DNA of 64,000 nucleotides, from NCBI GenBank assembly GCA_963765185.1, contig CAVXWB010000142.1, positions 1,895 through 65,894 of the forward strand, in the 5' to 3' direction. The position numbers were made by a program, and so were the translations under genes. Source of the DNA: Bryobacterales bacterium. GTDB lineage: Bacteria > Acidobacteriota > Terriglobia > Bryobacterales > Bryobacteraceae. The notes under the pieces were generated by a model. The model worked only from the letters and a program-made list of their open reading frames with translations. It was not told the DNA's origin and did not search any database. Shown here piece after piece: positions 45,301 to 55,557 of the stretch (the first letter of the stretch is position 1; every line of letters starts with the position of its first letter).

Positions 45301-48300
45301 TTAGAACGTGAAGCGGGCGATCAGCGTACCCGTGCGGCCCGTAAGATAAGGCGCCGTGGCCGTGGTCGGCTGGCTCCCAGGAGTGGCGAAGGTGTTGATG
45401 ACTCCGAAGCCGCTTGAATTGACCCCCGCGGTCTTTGTCACGGCGTTCTGCGGGTTCGTCGCGATTGGGGCCGGCATGAGGGTCCGGTTGAATATATTGA
45501 CGAACTCGGCTCGGATGTGGAAGTTCATTCGTTCCTTGATCCGGAAGTTGCGTCCAATGTTCGCATTCTCGCTCGGAGTGCGTGGAGCGCGGAAATTGCT
45601 ATAGAGGGTTGAGACCGCCGGACAGGTTGCGTTGGTGGGGCAGGCAGCCCAGGCTGCCGGATTCAGAACCTGCGTGGTGCCCGGATTGTAACTGTGGATA
45701 TTGTTGATGTCGACGTTGTACAAAGGCTGGCCGGGAACCAGTGTGTCTTCGCTGGGCAGGAAATTCGCCGTGGGGCTGGCTGGAGGCGTCAGAAACAAGC
45801 CGCTTTGGTAGAGCGCGTACCCCCCGATCTCCCAGCCTCTGGTAATTTGGTTTTCCCAGTTGTTCAGGAAGGAAGCCTTCGGAGTGGTGTAGACGAGGTT
45901 GAAGGTCAGCGCCCGCGGAGGAATATTTTGCAGCGCCCACGGATTGCCCGCAGGGTTGAAGAAGTCCTGCCGGGTGGGCCGGGTGAAGCCCTTCGCCCAG
46001 GTGAAAGCGCCGCCAGCCTGAAGGCCATGCGAGAGCCGCTTCGTCGCCTTCATCTGTAATGCGTCGTACTTGGAATCGCCGGTGGCGGATCCCGTCGGCT
46101 CAAGCGCTCCGAACTGTGGGAAGGGGACCAGAACGCCCGACAGCGCGGTACTGGTGGGAAACCCTGCATATGGCAAAATGCTGCTGATACCGACGGAAGC
46201 CAGTTTCTGAACTACCGCGGTGCTGCTGATCGAGTCGGCCAACAGGACGCGATCGGTATTGTTGCTATAAGTTGAGTTGGCGCACACTCCGCCCCCGGTG
46301 GAGCAGGGACCGGTCCCGGGGTAAGGATACAAACCATATTGTGCGTAAGTGGCCGGAGAGATTTGGCTCATCTCCCCGAGTGGGCCCGACAGCCAAGCTA
46401 CGCGATTGCCCACGTACGCCGCCTCCATGACGAAGTTCCTGGTGATCTCGCGCTGGATGCCGGCGCTGAACTGGTTTTCCCGGGGCGGCCGGTTTTGATT
46501 CGCGTCGGGCATCACAGGCCTGGTCCCGGTTCCGGACCCAACGGTCCCCACCACCGGATAGATGTTGTTGTTGGAAACTGGCCATGTTGGCGGTACGATT
46601 GCGCCCGGCGTCTCGATGTTGACGAATTGCGATGCCAGGGGAACGTAGGAGGGGCTGTTGGCGGTCACCGGATAAATTCCGTTGGAACTGACAATGCCGC
46701 CGGCGGTCCCGAACACTTCCGTGTACTGGATTCCCCATCCGCCGCGAAATACCGTCTTGGAATCGATCTGATAGGCGATGCCGAGCCGCGGCCCGATCGC
46801 GTAAGGATAACTGGGCTGGTAGAATTGGCAGCCGCAGGTGTTGGCATAGATCGTCGCGCCCGGATGACCTCCGGCATCGGCGTTCGCCAAAGTCTCATCG
46901 AACTGCCCCAAACGCCCGTATTGCTCATGGGGTTGCGTGGCCAAATCATACCGCAGGCCGTAATCCAGGGTGAGCTTACGGGTCACCTTCCAGGAATCTT
47001 GAAGGAACAGCGCCCATTGCTGATACCCCATGCGGTAATCGTATGGCGCGCTCTGCGTAGTGGAATTATAGTCGCCCAGCAGGAAACTGGCGAAGCCGAA
47101 ACCCGTGCTAAATCCGTTGAGGCTATTGGCCGGAGTGAAGGGAGCCGAGGTCGCATTCGTGCCGGTGGCGAGCGTTACGCCGGCGTATTCTTGGATGGGA
47201 GCTCCCTGGAAGTAGACTTCCGCGCCGAGTTTGTAGGTGTGCTTGCCATGGACCCACGTCACGTTGGCGTTATATGTCGGCTTGTTGTCGTGGTAGAGAC
47301 TCTGAATTTGACCGAGCGTCCCGATGTTTTCCATGCCGCCCGCGCCCGTGCAGGGCCAGCCTCCGGTGCACATCCCCGTAATGGAGGGGAACTGGCGGTT
47401 CTGTACAAAGCCACTGAGCCCAAACTGTGAGGGATTAAAACTTGTGAACGCCGCCTTGTCGCTGAAACTGGTGTAATAGTAGCCCGCGCCAAGGTGCAAC
47501 AGGATGGTCGGCGTCAGGGTGCGGTCGTAGTTCAGCCGTTCCGTCCAGCCCTCAATGCAGTTGCACCGGTACTCGCCGATCTCAAACGGCAGGCCATCCG
47601 CGCCTTGCGGAGCGCCTATGCCCCCGGAGACATGGTTCACGAGATTGGTCTCCTGATAATAGAAAGACAACTTGTCCTTGCTGGAGATATTATGGTCGAT
47701 CTTAACTGACGGTATGACCGTGTAACGATTGCTTGGGACGGAGCCGAGGTAATTCCCGGTGAGATTGGAGTTCTGCGCCGTGACACCCAGTGTTTGGAAC
47801 AGACTTAGAAGCTTCACCGTGACTGGATCGAAGCGGGTCAGCGGAATCATGTTGTTCTGGAACGGTGTCGCGTATCCCTGGCCAGCCAGGGAACCAGAGG
47901 TAGCTACCTGTCGCGTGAGGGGATCGTAGATCTCATTCGCGAACATTACGGCGCCGTTGGGATCCTTTTGAACGGCCGGAACACCCAACGCCGTAGTCGG
48001 AATCCCGAGGCCGGCGCAAAGACTGCAAGTCCCGTTCGCTGAAATCGCACTGAAATTGCCCTGGAGATAAGCGGGCGCCGGCACTGTATCGCTATTGAGA
48101 ATCTGCGAGGTCTCAAGGTACTCCTCATAGTTAAAGAAGAAGAAGCTCCTGTTGTGCCCGTTATAGATTTTGGGGATGGTGATGGGACCGCCCAGGGTAC
48201 CGCCGAAATCGTTGCGCCGGTTCCTCTGCCGGACCTTTCCCACGCCCGACGTGTTCACACTGAAAGGATCGCCGGCATTCAGATCTTCGTTGACAAAGTA

Positions 48301-49077
48301 GTCGTAGCCGCTGCCATGATATTGGTTGGTACCGGACTTCATGGTGAAGTTCATTAACACGTTTCCCGTGGTTCCGAATTCAGGAGCGTAGTTGCTGGTC
48401 TGGAACGCAACTTCCTGAATCGCGTCCACGCCGGGCTGGGCCATCGATTCATAAGCCAGCGCGTGAGGCGTTGCGTCCTGGCCTTCGATGCGGATCGATG
48501 CCTGCGAGGTCTGGCCGTTGAAATTGCCCAGGCTGTAGCCGGGCGTGTTGGCGTTAGTGTAACCGGAAGAGCCAGGCAGCGTCAGCACTACGTTGAATGG
48601 ATTACGGATGGCGTCGGGGCCGTTGTTTGCGGCCCCAATGCCCAGTAGAGGAAGATTGTCCATTTGCGTCAGCGTGACGTTGTGCGTCAACTCTGCGGTC
48701 TCGGTCTTCAGCAGTGAAGCTTCGGCGGTGACGGTTACCGACTCGGTGGCGTTGCCTATTGCAGACCGATGTCTTCTTTCAGGACCTGCGTAGCCGCAAC
48801 GGCCAGATTCGTGTGGGTGAAGGTCTTGAATCCCTGCACCTTAACCGTGACGACATAGGTGCCGACCGGCAAATCCGAGATCGTATAATTCCCGGCGGTA
48901 CTCGACGCCCCAGTATAATTCAATCCCGTTTGCCGTGTTTTTGGCTTCTACGGTCGCTCCGGCGACGACAGCTCGCGTAGAGTCGGTAATGGTGCCAGTG
49001 ATGGTTGCGTTGCCGCCTTGGCCGAATGCCGCCGCGCTGACGAGGAATAGACAGACGAGGCCTAACCCTACTCGCAT
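45301..49077 (-). pseudogene. TonB-dependent receptor with a carboxypeptidase-regulatory-like N-terminus and two compensating frameshifts
   Basis: ATG 49077 gives the signal peptide and 'ITGTITDSTRAVVAGATVEAKNTANG'. 'NYTGASSTAGNYTISDLPVGTYVVTVKVQGFKTFTHTNLAVAATQVLKEDIGLQ' is in another frame. 'IGNATESVTVTAEASLLKTE...' plus the 1129-aa barrel ORF, ending in the typical C-terminal 'ARFTF', return to the original frame. Confidence 0.8.
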
Positions 49078-49178
49078 AAACTCGCTCCCCTTTTTTTTAA
49101 AACAACCTCAGCTTCCGAGACTAACCCAGACTGTGCGCCTATCGACCAGCGCACAAATATCATCCTGCCCCTCAAGCG

Positions 49179-49556
49179 TTATGACTTGATGGTGCGGCCA
49201 TCGCCCAGTTTCATGAGCGAACTGATCATGGCATGGTCGCCGCTCTTGGCTTTTCCGCCCGTGCAACTAATGACATCGCCTTCCTTCACCGTGGAGTGCG
49301 TCCACCCATAGGACTTCAGGTGGTTCAGGCTCATCATTTCCACGTCCCAATGCTCGATCTCACCCTTCTCGTTTTTGACATCCAGGTAGATGTGCGCATG
49401 CGGATTGGTCCAGTCGAACTTCGTGACCGTGCCCGTAACGGTGACCGGGTTGGCCATGTCGTACATGGCGGTTGAATGATGCGCGAACATCGGCGGAGTC
49501 ATCAGCAGCAGACCGGCGAAAAGCGCCAAAGCAATCAATTGCAATCTCATCTTCAT
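49179..49556 (-). CDS. Small His-rich periplasmic protein (DUF6152-like, copy 2)
   Basis: 'MKMRLQLIALALFAGLLLMTPPMFA|HHSTAMYD...VTKFDWTNPHAHIYLDV'. It is nearly identical to 53960-54337. Confidence 0.7.
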   Translation of the reverse strand: MKMRLQLIALALFAGLLLMTPPMFAHHSTAMYDMANPVTVTGTVTKFDWTNPHAHIYLDVKNEKGEIEHWDVEMMSLNHLKSYGWTHSTVKEGDVISCTGGKAKSGDHAMISSLMKLGDGRTIKS

Positions 49557-50600
49557 TCCAAAAACCTCCAAATCGAGAGTTCCTATTTCTTAAAATAGAC
49601 CGTGTAGTCGCGGTTGTTCTCGCAGACGAATTCGTCCACCTTGGCCAGATCCGTGCGCAGCGCGAAAGTCCGGTTCACCGCAAATGGCCGCTCGAAGACA
49701 TTGGGATCTTCGATCACCGCCTGATACTGCAAACTGCCGAACTCGGGACGGCTGAAGCGTTCCACGATGTGCAGCGCTTCGGTGTGTTTATAGCCGTTGA
49801 TTTCCGTCTTGTCGTTGAAGCCAACGGTGTCCACCACCAGGGTGTCACCCTCCCAGTGGGCCACCGAATCTCCCATCCAAGTGGGGTCTGGATCTTGCGG
49901 ATGAACGCCGTCGATCGGGATGGTGCGGAAGGTTCCCGGATACTCATAAAGGATCGCCAGACTGTGTGCGCTTTGTACCAATTGGAACTGATAGGGAACA
50001 CCAAAGGCGCCGGGCCCGGCCACCGGCATGCAGTCGGAATACTGCCCCGTGTCGTCGGGACCACGAACGACCTTGAATTTCTCCGCGCCCGCCTTTAACG
50101 TCGGCGTGGTCGGAAGGCTCCCTGAAGAATCCGCCGCAGCAGCGGCAACTGGCGCGGCTCCCGCTCGGCCGCCTCTACCGCCGCGGCCACCTCCTCCGCC
50201 ACCTCCAAAGTTGTAAACTCCTGAGAGATCCGGCTTGCCGGCCATCCTGGGGACTTCCTTTTTCGCGGACACGGCAGGCGCATTCGCACCGACGGCTACT
50301 GTTCCGGCGACATTGACTGTGATGGAGCGGGTTAGGGCGCCATCCGCCCCAGTGATGGTTAGCGTGTAGGTGGTGGTCGCCGCCGGAGTGACTTTAGTCG
50401 TTCCCCGGGGCGTAACCCGGCCCACGCCCTGATCGATGTCTACGCCATTGGGATTCTCGGTAGCCCAGGTCAGAAGAGCCGATTCCCCCGGCTTCAAGTT
50501 AGCGGGCTCCGCCGTAAAGTTCATGATCCGGGCCGGGGGCCGAACTCGCTGCTGAATCTGGCCCGAGGACCCGCGGCCTCCGGCATCCTGAGCCGGTGGC
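49179..50600. repeat. Direct segmental duplication, copy 1 (pairs with 53960-55350)
   Basis: By-eye alignment shows only scattered substitutions and one Gly-linker indel across the small-protein gene plus most of the Ig/C-domain gene. The boundaries are approximate. Confidence 0.75.
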
Positions 50601-50674
50601 GGGGGGACTTGGGCTACCAACGGTAACCACAGCGCCCCGAGCAGCGTGGCGATCACTCGGTTTTTCGTAACCAC
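49583..50674 (-). CDS. Secreted Ig-like plus conserved C-domain protein (copy A)
   Basis: It has a signal peptide, the Ig-like 'LLTWATENPNGVDIDQGVGRVTPRGTTKVTPAATTTYTLT', a Gly-rich linker and the C-domain 'SDCMPVAGP...DPDPTWMGDSVAHWEGDTLVVDTVGFND...HTEALHIVERF...DEFVCENNRDY'. Confidence 0.7.
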   Translation of the reverse strand: MVTKNRVIATLLGALWLPLVAQVPPPPAQDAGGRGSSGQIQQRVRPPARIMNFTAEPANLKPGESALLTWATENPNGVDIDQGVGRVTPRGTTKVTPAATTTYTLTITGADGALTRSITVNVAGTVAVGANAPAVSAKKEVPRMAGKPDLSGVYNFGGGGGGGRGGRGGRAGAAPVAAAAADSSGSLPTTPTLKAGAEKFKVVRGPDDTGQYSDCMPVAGPGAFGVPYQFQLVQSAHSLAILYEYPGTFRTIPIDGVHPQDPDPTWMGDSVAHWEGDTLVVDTVGFNDKTEINGYKHTEALHIVERFSRPEFGSLQYQAVIEDPNVFERPFAVNRTFALRTDLAKVDEFVCENNRDYTVYFKK

Positions 50675-50736
50675 CTCCCGCCCTTTGCTAACCTTAGAAG
50701 CCTGTGGTAGTTTAACGCTACGTTTCAGGACTTGGG

Positions 50737-50764
50737 TTGATAAACCTTATCAAACGAATTGATA
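50737..50764. promoter_or_regulatory. Operator-like array of TTGATA(A)/T(T)ATCAA half-sites upstream of copy A
   Basis: 'TTGATAAaccTTATCAAacgaaTTGATA' lies 63-90 nt upstream of the 50674 start. The same TATCAA-N5-TTGATA core occurs at 55508-55525. Confidence 0.35.
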
Positions 50765-50788
50765 CGACCAAGATCGGGTCGTGGGCTA

Positions 50789-51790
50789 TCACGCGTTCGC
50801 GGTGTCAGGCCGCATTTCGGAGTGTTGCTTCTCCGGCGCCACCATCGGGGAAAGTGCCGCAACCTTGGCGTTCGCAGGAGAAGCAAGGTTCTCTGTGTGT
50901 TCTAGAAACAGGTCCGCCATGATGCTCCTCAACCATCTGTTCGCGCAATCGTTGCTGTAACGCTCGTGCCAATGCTGCGTGATGAAATACGCCGGCATTT
51001 CGAATGGAAGTTCGAACATCTTGATATCCGCGACGCTGGCCAAGTGTTGTCCAAGCTGCGCGGGAATAACCGCCAGAAAGTCCATCGTGGTGATGATGGA
51101 AGTGATACCCAGAAAGCTCGGCACTGTCAGACCGATCCTTCGCTTGATGTTCTTCTGCTCCAGTGTCTTTCCGACGATGCCGTGTCCTGTTCCGGAAGTC
51201 GCTATTTCAAGGTGAGTCTCACTCTGGAACTGCTCCAAGGTCAATTTGTCCCGCACCCTCGGGTGATCGCCGCGAACCGCACAAATGAAGCGATCTTTGA
51301 ATAGTCTTTGTCGGCAAAACCCGCCGCCCATCGGCATGATGAACCCTACCGCCAGATCCGCTTCGCCGGATTCGAGGAGCCTGGGGGTATTGTTCGACAT
51401 CCTTGTGAGCTCGACCCGCAACAAGGGGGCAACCCGCTGAAACCGCCGCATCAGCTTCGGAAGCAAGGTCACCTGGGCGATATCGGTGGAATGGATATGG
51501 AAGACGCGATCCGCGCTGATCGGCAGAAAGCTCGCATGGTGTTCGAGTACCGACTGTAGAATTTCTTCGGCTCTCTTAAGGTGGCCGATGATTTCGGCTC
51601 CATAAGGCGTCGCTTCCATCCCCGTTGAGGTCCTTACGAAGAGTGGATCGTGAAAGTGATCGCGGAGCTTGGCCAAAGTCATGCTAACCGTGGACTGGCT
51701 CAATCCGAGGCGCTTGGCGGTCTTTGAGACGCTTCGCGTCTTTTGGAGAACGCTGACGACGCCCAGAAGTTTCAAGTCGATGTTAGGCAT
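50789..51790 (-). CDS. LysR-family transcriptional regulator
   Basis: 'IDLKLLGVVSVLQKTRSVSKTAKRLGLSQSTVSMTLAKLRDHFHDPLFVR' is the LysR HTH, followed by a substrate-binding domain of LysR length. The start is taken at MPNIDL. Confidence 0.8.
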   Translation of the reverse strand: MPNIDLKLLGVVSVLQKTRSVSKTAKRLGLSQSTVSMTLAKLRDHFHDPLFVRTSTGMEATPYGAEIIGHLKRAEEILQSVLEHHASFLPISADRVFHIHSTDIAQVTLLPKLMRRFQRVAPLLRVELTRMSNNTPRLLESGEADLAVGFIMPMGGGFCRQRLFKDRFICAVRGDHPRVRDKLTLEQFQSETHLEIATSGTGHGIVGKTLEQKNIKRRIGLTVPSFLGITSIITTMDFLAVIPAQLGQHLASVADIKMFELPFEMPAYFITQHWHERYSNDCANRWLRSIMADLFLEHTENLASPANAKVAALSPMVAPEKQHSEMRPDTANA

Positions 51791-51890
51791 CTCGAGGTAC
51801 GCCTCATGCAAAGTACCCGCTGGATGCCCGACCGGTCATGGTGTTCGACAGCATTGTCGCCCCCGATCCAACACTATATACTACAAGCTG

Positions 51891-52370
51891 CTACACGTAC
51901 GGAATGCCTTTCCCCGCGGCCCCCACCAAGGTCCAAATTGCAATCGACAAGATGGCGGCGAACTTGGCTTTCCGAGCGGTCGTATCGCCCGCGATAACCC
52001 ACCTGCGTTGGATCGTGAGCTGAGATGCGATTCCCAACAGGATCAGGCCCATCTTGATCGGAAACGAAATGCTTTCAAAACATTTCATCGGTTCCGAAAA
52101 CGCCATCGGAATCCCGGAGGCGATCAGCACGCCGATGCTTGCCAGCATCCACGGCTCCATCTGGCGCGCCAGCTGTGCGGCCGGGACATACCGTTTGCCC
52201 ACCCCGAATACACTCAGGTTGACGATCAGCACGCTCCCCAGCAGCACCGCCAACGCCAGCAGATGAAAGGTCTCGATGAGGGGGAATGCCCAGATCGTGT
52301 CGCGCACGGTGGTCCCCAGCCAGGTATTGCCGCACCATTCGAAATAAGGCAGGAAAGATTCGCCTAGCAT
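51891..52370 (-). CDS. Small 4-TM membrane protein (DUF6644-like family, member 4)
   Basis: It has 'WAFPLIETFHLLALAVLLG' and the C-terminal 'IWTLVGAAGKGIPY'. The motif is shared with three neighbours. The DUF number is recalled, not verified. Confidence 0.55.
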   Translation of the reverse strand: MLGESFLPYFEWCGNTWLGTTVRDTIWAFPLIETFHLLALAVLLGSVLIVNLSVFGVGKRYVPAAQLARQMEPWMLASIGVLIASGIPMAFSEPMKCFESISFPIKMGLILLGIASQLTIQRRWVIAGDTTARKAKFAAILSIAIWTLVGAAGKGIPYV

Positions 52371-52377
52371 AAGCTAC

Positions 52378-52866
52378 TCAAGCGTAGGCGAGCGCCCGTC
52401 CCATGGCGACGACGCCGATCCAAACGAGTAGCGAGGATGCGCCCGCCAGCCTCGCGCGCCATGGCGTCGGGGAGCCATGATCCCACGCATCCACGCCGCG
52501 AAATACGGTGTGGTGAAAGATCAGCGCGTTCACCCCCGCCACACCCAGCAGCACGACTTTTGCGCGGAAGAAAGGGCTGTTGTAACACTTCACGGCTTCG
52601 GAGGCGAACAGCACCACTCCGCTCGAAATCATGACGGCGAAGCCGGTCCATATCCACGGCAGAAACTGCGCCGCCACCTGGGAAACGGGCCGCCGCCGCA
52701 TTACCAGGCCGAGCAGGCGCAAATCCAGAATCGCGGCGGGCCAAAGCATCACGCTCAGGGCCAGAGAGTGAATGCTCTCGATCACGGGGAACTGCCAGGC
52801 GGAATGCTTTACGCCGCTCGCCAACGGCAGGTTCTGAATCCACTCGCAAACGCTGAGGACCGACAC
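52378..52866 (-). CDS. Small 4-TM membrane protein (same family, member 3)
   Basis: It has 'WQFPVIESIHSLALSV' and the C-terminal 'VWIGVVAMGRALAY'. Confidence 0.55.
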   Translation of the reverse strand: MSVLSVCEWIQNLPLASGVKHSAWQFPVIESIHSLALSVMLWPAAILDLRLLGLVMRRRPVSQVAAQFLPWIWTGFAVMISSGVVLFASEAVKCYNSPFFRAKVVLLGVAGVNALIFHHTVFRGVDAWDHGSPTPWRARLAGASSLLVWIGVVAMGRALAYA

Positions 52867-52869
52867 TGG

Positions 52870-53919
52870 TTATTTTTTAGCGTCCTTTCCGAACAATTTG
52901 GTGTAGTCCGGGTTGTTTTCGCACACGAATTCGTCCACTCTTTCTTCGTCCGGACGGGCCGGAAGAACGCGCGTGGGAAGCGTCCAAGGGCTCTGAAACA
53001 CGTTGGGATCGTCCACGGTGACGTCGTACTGAAGGCCATTCGCCACGCGCTTGTACCGCTCCACCACGTGCAAAGCCTCGGTGTGCATGTAACCGCTCAC
53101 CTCGGTCTTGTCGTTGAACCCGATCGAATCCACCACCAGCGTGTCCCCATCCCAGCGACCCACGGCTTCTCCCATCCATGTGGGATCCGGGTCCGGCCCA
53201 TGCGGGCGGCCATCGAGCGGGATGAATCGGAACGTGTTGGGATACTCGAAGATCATCACCAGGAAATTCTGTTTCTGAACGATCTGGAACGGGTAAGGAG
53301 TCACGAAGGTCTGCGGGATTCCGAGGGGGACGCAGTCGGTGCCTAAAGTGGTCCTGCCTCCGACAAAATTTCCGCTGCGGTCGACTTTGAATTTCTCCGC
53401 TCCTGGCTTCAGCACGGGCGGCATGAGATCGCGGACGCCGGCCGACCCGTAAACTCCCGTCAGATCGGGCTTGCCATCCGGCATGCGCGGGTCTTTGGAA
53501 GCGACCGGTGGGGCCTTGATCGCCCCCGCCGGAGCCGTGCCGGAGACGGTCACCGTAACGGATTGTGTGAGAGCGGTGTTATTCGGTCCGCCCACCTTCA
53601 ACGTATAAACGGTGGTCGCGGTGGGAAAGACCTGCCGGCTGCCGCGGGCGGCCACGCGGCCCACCTCTTGATCGATCGTCACGCCGCTTGGATTCTCCGT
53701 GGCCCAGATGAGAAGAACCGGCTGCCCGCTTTGGACGGATTCGGGTTTTGCCGCGAAGCTGACAATCCGCGCGGCCGGTACCACGCGCGCGGGCCGCGGC
53801 GCCGCCGTTTGGCCGGCCACCGGCGCTCCACTGGGGTTCTGAGGCGTGGAACTGGACTGCGCCCAAACGGGTGCGAAGACAACGCAAAAAACCACACCGA
53901 CACGGCGAATGCTGGCCAC
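52870..53919 (-). CDS. Secreted Ig-like plus conserved C-domain protein (copy B, divergent)
   Basis: GGAGG plus GTG 53919 gives the signal peptide 'VASIRRVGVVFCVVFAPVWA'. The domain order matches copy A: 'LLIWATENPSGVTIDQEVGRV', 'DCVPLGIP', 'DPDPTWMGEAVGRWDGDTLVVDSIGFND' and 'DEFVCENNPDY'. Confidence 0.7.
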   Translation of the reverse strand: MASIRRVGVVFCVVFAPVWAQSSSTPQNPSGAPVAGQTAAPRPARVVPAARIVSFAAKPESVQSGQPVLLIWATENPSGVTIDQEVGRVAARGSRQVFPTATTVYTLKVGGPNNTALTQSVTVTVSGTAPAGAIKAPPVASKDPRMPDGKPDLTGVYGSAGVRDLMPPVLKPGAEKFKVDRSGNFVGGRTTLGTDCVPLGIPQTFVTPYPFQIVQKQNFLVMIFEYPNTFRFIPLDGRPHGPDPDPTWMGEAVGRWDGDTLVVDSIGFNDKTEVSGYMHTEALHVVERYKRVANGLQYDVTVDDPNVFQSPWTLPTRVLPARPDEERVDEFVCENNPDYTKLFGKDAKK

Positions 53920-53959
53920 GTGGCACCTCCCTCGGAAACTAGCTGTGCAGAACGGACGT

Positions 53960-54337
53960 TTATGACTTAATGGTGCGGCCATCGCCCAGTTTCATGACCG
54001 AACTGATCATGGCATGGTCGCCACTCTTGGCTTTTCCACCCGTGCAACTGATAACATCGCCCTCCTTCACTGTGGAGTGCGTCCACCCATAGGACTTCAG
54101 GTGGTTCAGGCTCATCATCTCCACGTCCCAATGTTCGATCTCACCCTTCTCGTTTTTGACGTCCAGGTAGATGTGCGCATGGGGATTGGTCCAGTCGAAC
54201 TTCGTGACCGTGCCCGTAACGGTGACCGGGTTGGCCATGTCGTACATGGCGGTTGAATGATGCGCGAAGATCGGCGGAGTCATCAGCAGCAGACCGGCGA
54301 AAAGCGCCAAAGCAATCAATTGTAATCTTATTTTCAT
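53960..54337 (-). CDS. Small His-rich periplasmic protein (DUF6152-like, copy 3)
   Basis: 'MKIRLQLIALALFAGLLLMTPPIFA|HHSTAMYD...'. It has only a few substitutions relative to 49179-49556. Confidence 0.7.
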   Translation of the reverse strand: MKIRLQLIALALFAGLLLMTPPIFAHHSTAMYDMANPVTVTGTVTKFDWTNPHAHIYLDVKNEKGEIEHWDVEMMSLNHLKSYGWTHSTVKEGDVISCTGGKAKSGDHAMISSVMKLGDGRTIKS

Positions 54338-55350
54338 TCTAAAATCCTTCGAATCGGGAGTTCCTACTTCTTAAAATAGACCGTATAATCGCGGTTGTTC
54401 TCGCAGACGAATTCGTCCACCTTGGCGAGATCCGAGCGCAGCCCGAAAGTCCGGTTCACTGCAAATGGCCGCTCGAAGACGTTGGGATCTTCGATCACCG
54501 CCTGATACTGCAAACTGTCGAAATTGGGACGGCTGAAGCGTTCCACGATGTGCAGCGCTTCGGTGTGTTTATAGCCGTTGATTTCCGTCTTGTCGTTGAA
54601 GCCAACGCTGTCCACCACCAAGGTGTCGCCCTCCCAATGGGCCACCGAATCTCCCATCCATGTGGGGTCGGGATCTTGCGGATGAACACCGTCGATTGGG
54701 ATGGTGCGGAAGGTTCCCGGATACTCATAAAGGATCGCCAGACTGTGTGTGTTTAGCACCAGTTGGAACTGATAGGGAACGCTAAAAGCGCCGGGCCCGG
54801 CCACCGGCATGCAGTCGGAATACTGTCCCGTGTCGTCGGGGCCACGCACGATCTTGAATTTCTCCGCGCCCGCCTTTAACGTCGGCGTGGTCGGAAGGGC
54901 TCCCGGAGCCTGCGCCGCAGCGGCGCCTCCGCGGCCGCCACCCCTGCCGCCGCCGCCACTTCCGTAAACTCCCGAGAGATCCGGCTTACCATTGGCCAGC
55001 CTGGGGACTTCCTTTTTCGCCGGCGCGGCAGGCGTATTCGCACTGGCGGCTACTGTTCCGGCGACATTGACTGTGATGGAACGCGTTAGCGGGCCATCCG
55101 GCCCACCGATGGTTAGCGTGTATGTCGTGGTCGCCATAGGAGTGACTTTAATTGTCCCCCTGGGCGTAACCCGGCCCACCCCTTGATCGATGCCGACGCT
55201 ATTGGGATTCTCGGTAGCCCAGGTCAGAAGAGCCGATTCCCCCGGCTTCAAGTTAGCGGGCTCCGCCGCAAAGCTCATGATCCGGGCCGGCGGCCGGATT
55301 CGCTGTTGAATCTGCCCCGAGGGCCCGCGACCTCCGGTATCCGGAGCCGG
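53960..55350. repeat. Direct segmental duplication, copy 2 (pairs with 49179-50600)
   Basis: See copy 1. The orientation is the same and the copies are about 4.8 kb apart. Confidence 0.75.
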
Positions 55351-55428
55351 TGGTTGAGGCGCTTGAGCCCCTAATCGGAAACAGGCGATCAGAATCGCGG
55401 CTATCTGGGCTTGAGTGCAGTGTTTCAT
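54364..55428 (-). CDS. Secreted Ig-like plus conserved C-domain protein (copy C)
   Basis: ATG 55428 gives 'MKHCTQAQIAAILIACFRLGAQA'. The rest is nearly identical to copy A. Confidence 0.7.
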   Translation of the reverse strand: MKHCTQAQIAAILIACFRLGAQAPQPPAPDTGGRGPSGQIQQRIRPPARIMSFAAEPANLKPGESALLTWATENPNSVGIDQGVGRVTPRGTIKVTPMATTTYTLTIGGPDGPLTRSITVNVAGTVAASANTPAAPAKKEVPRLANGKPDLSGVYGSGGGGRGGGRGGAAAAQAPGALPTTPTLKAGAEKFKIVRGPDDTGQYSDCMPVAGPGAFSVPYQFQLVLNTHSLAILYEYPGTFRTIPIDGVHPQDPDPTWMGDSVAHWEGDTLVVDSVGFNDKTEINGYKHTEALHIVERFSRPNFDSLQYQAVIEDPNVFERPFAVNRTFGLRSDLAKVDEFVCENNRDYTVYFKK

Positions 55429-55507
55429 CAGGTCACCGTAGTGGATCGACGCAGCAGGGGGCCATGCATCGAACAGCGTATCACTAAATATGGTGGAGGG
55501 CATCCCC

Positions 55508-55534
55508 TATCAAGCACATTGATAATCTCTATCA
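55508..55534. promoter_or_regulatory. Operator-like array of TATCAA/TTGATAA half-sites upstream of copy C
   Basis: 'TATCAAgcacaTTGATAAtctcTATCA' lies 80-105 nt upstream of the 55428 start, outside the duplicated segment. Confidence 0.35.
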
Positions 55535-55557
55535 TCGGGGCTCAGTCTGCTCAGCGT

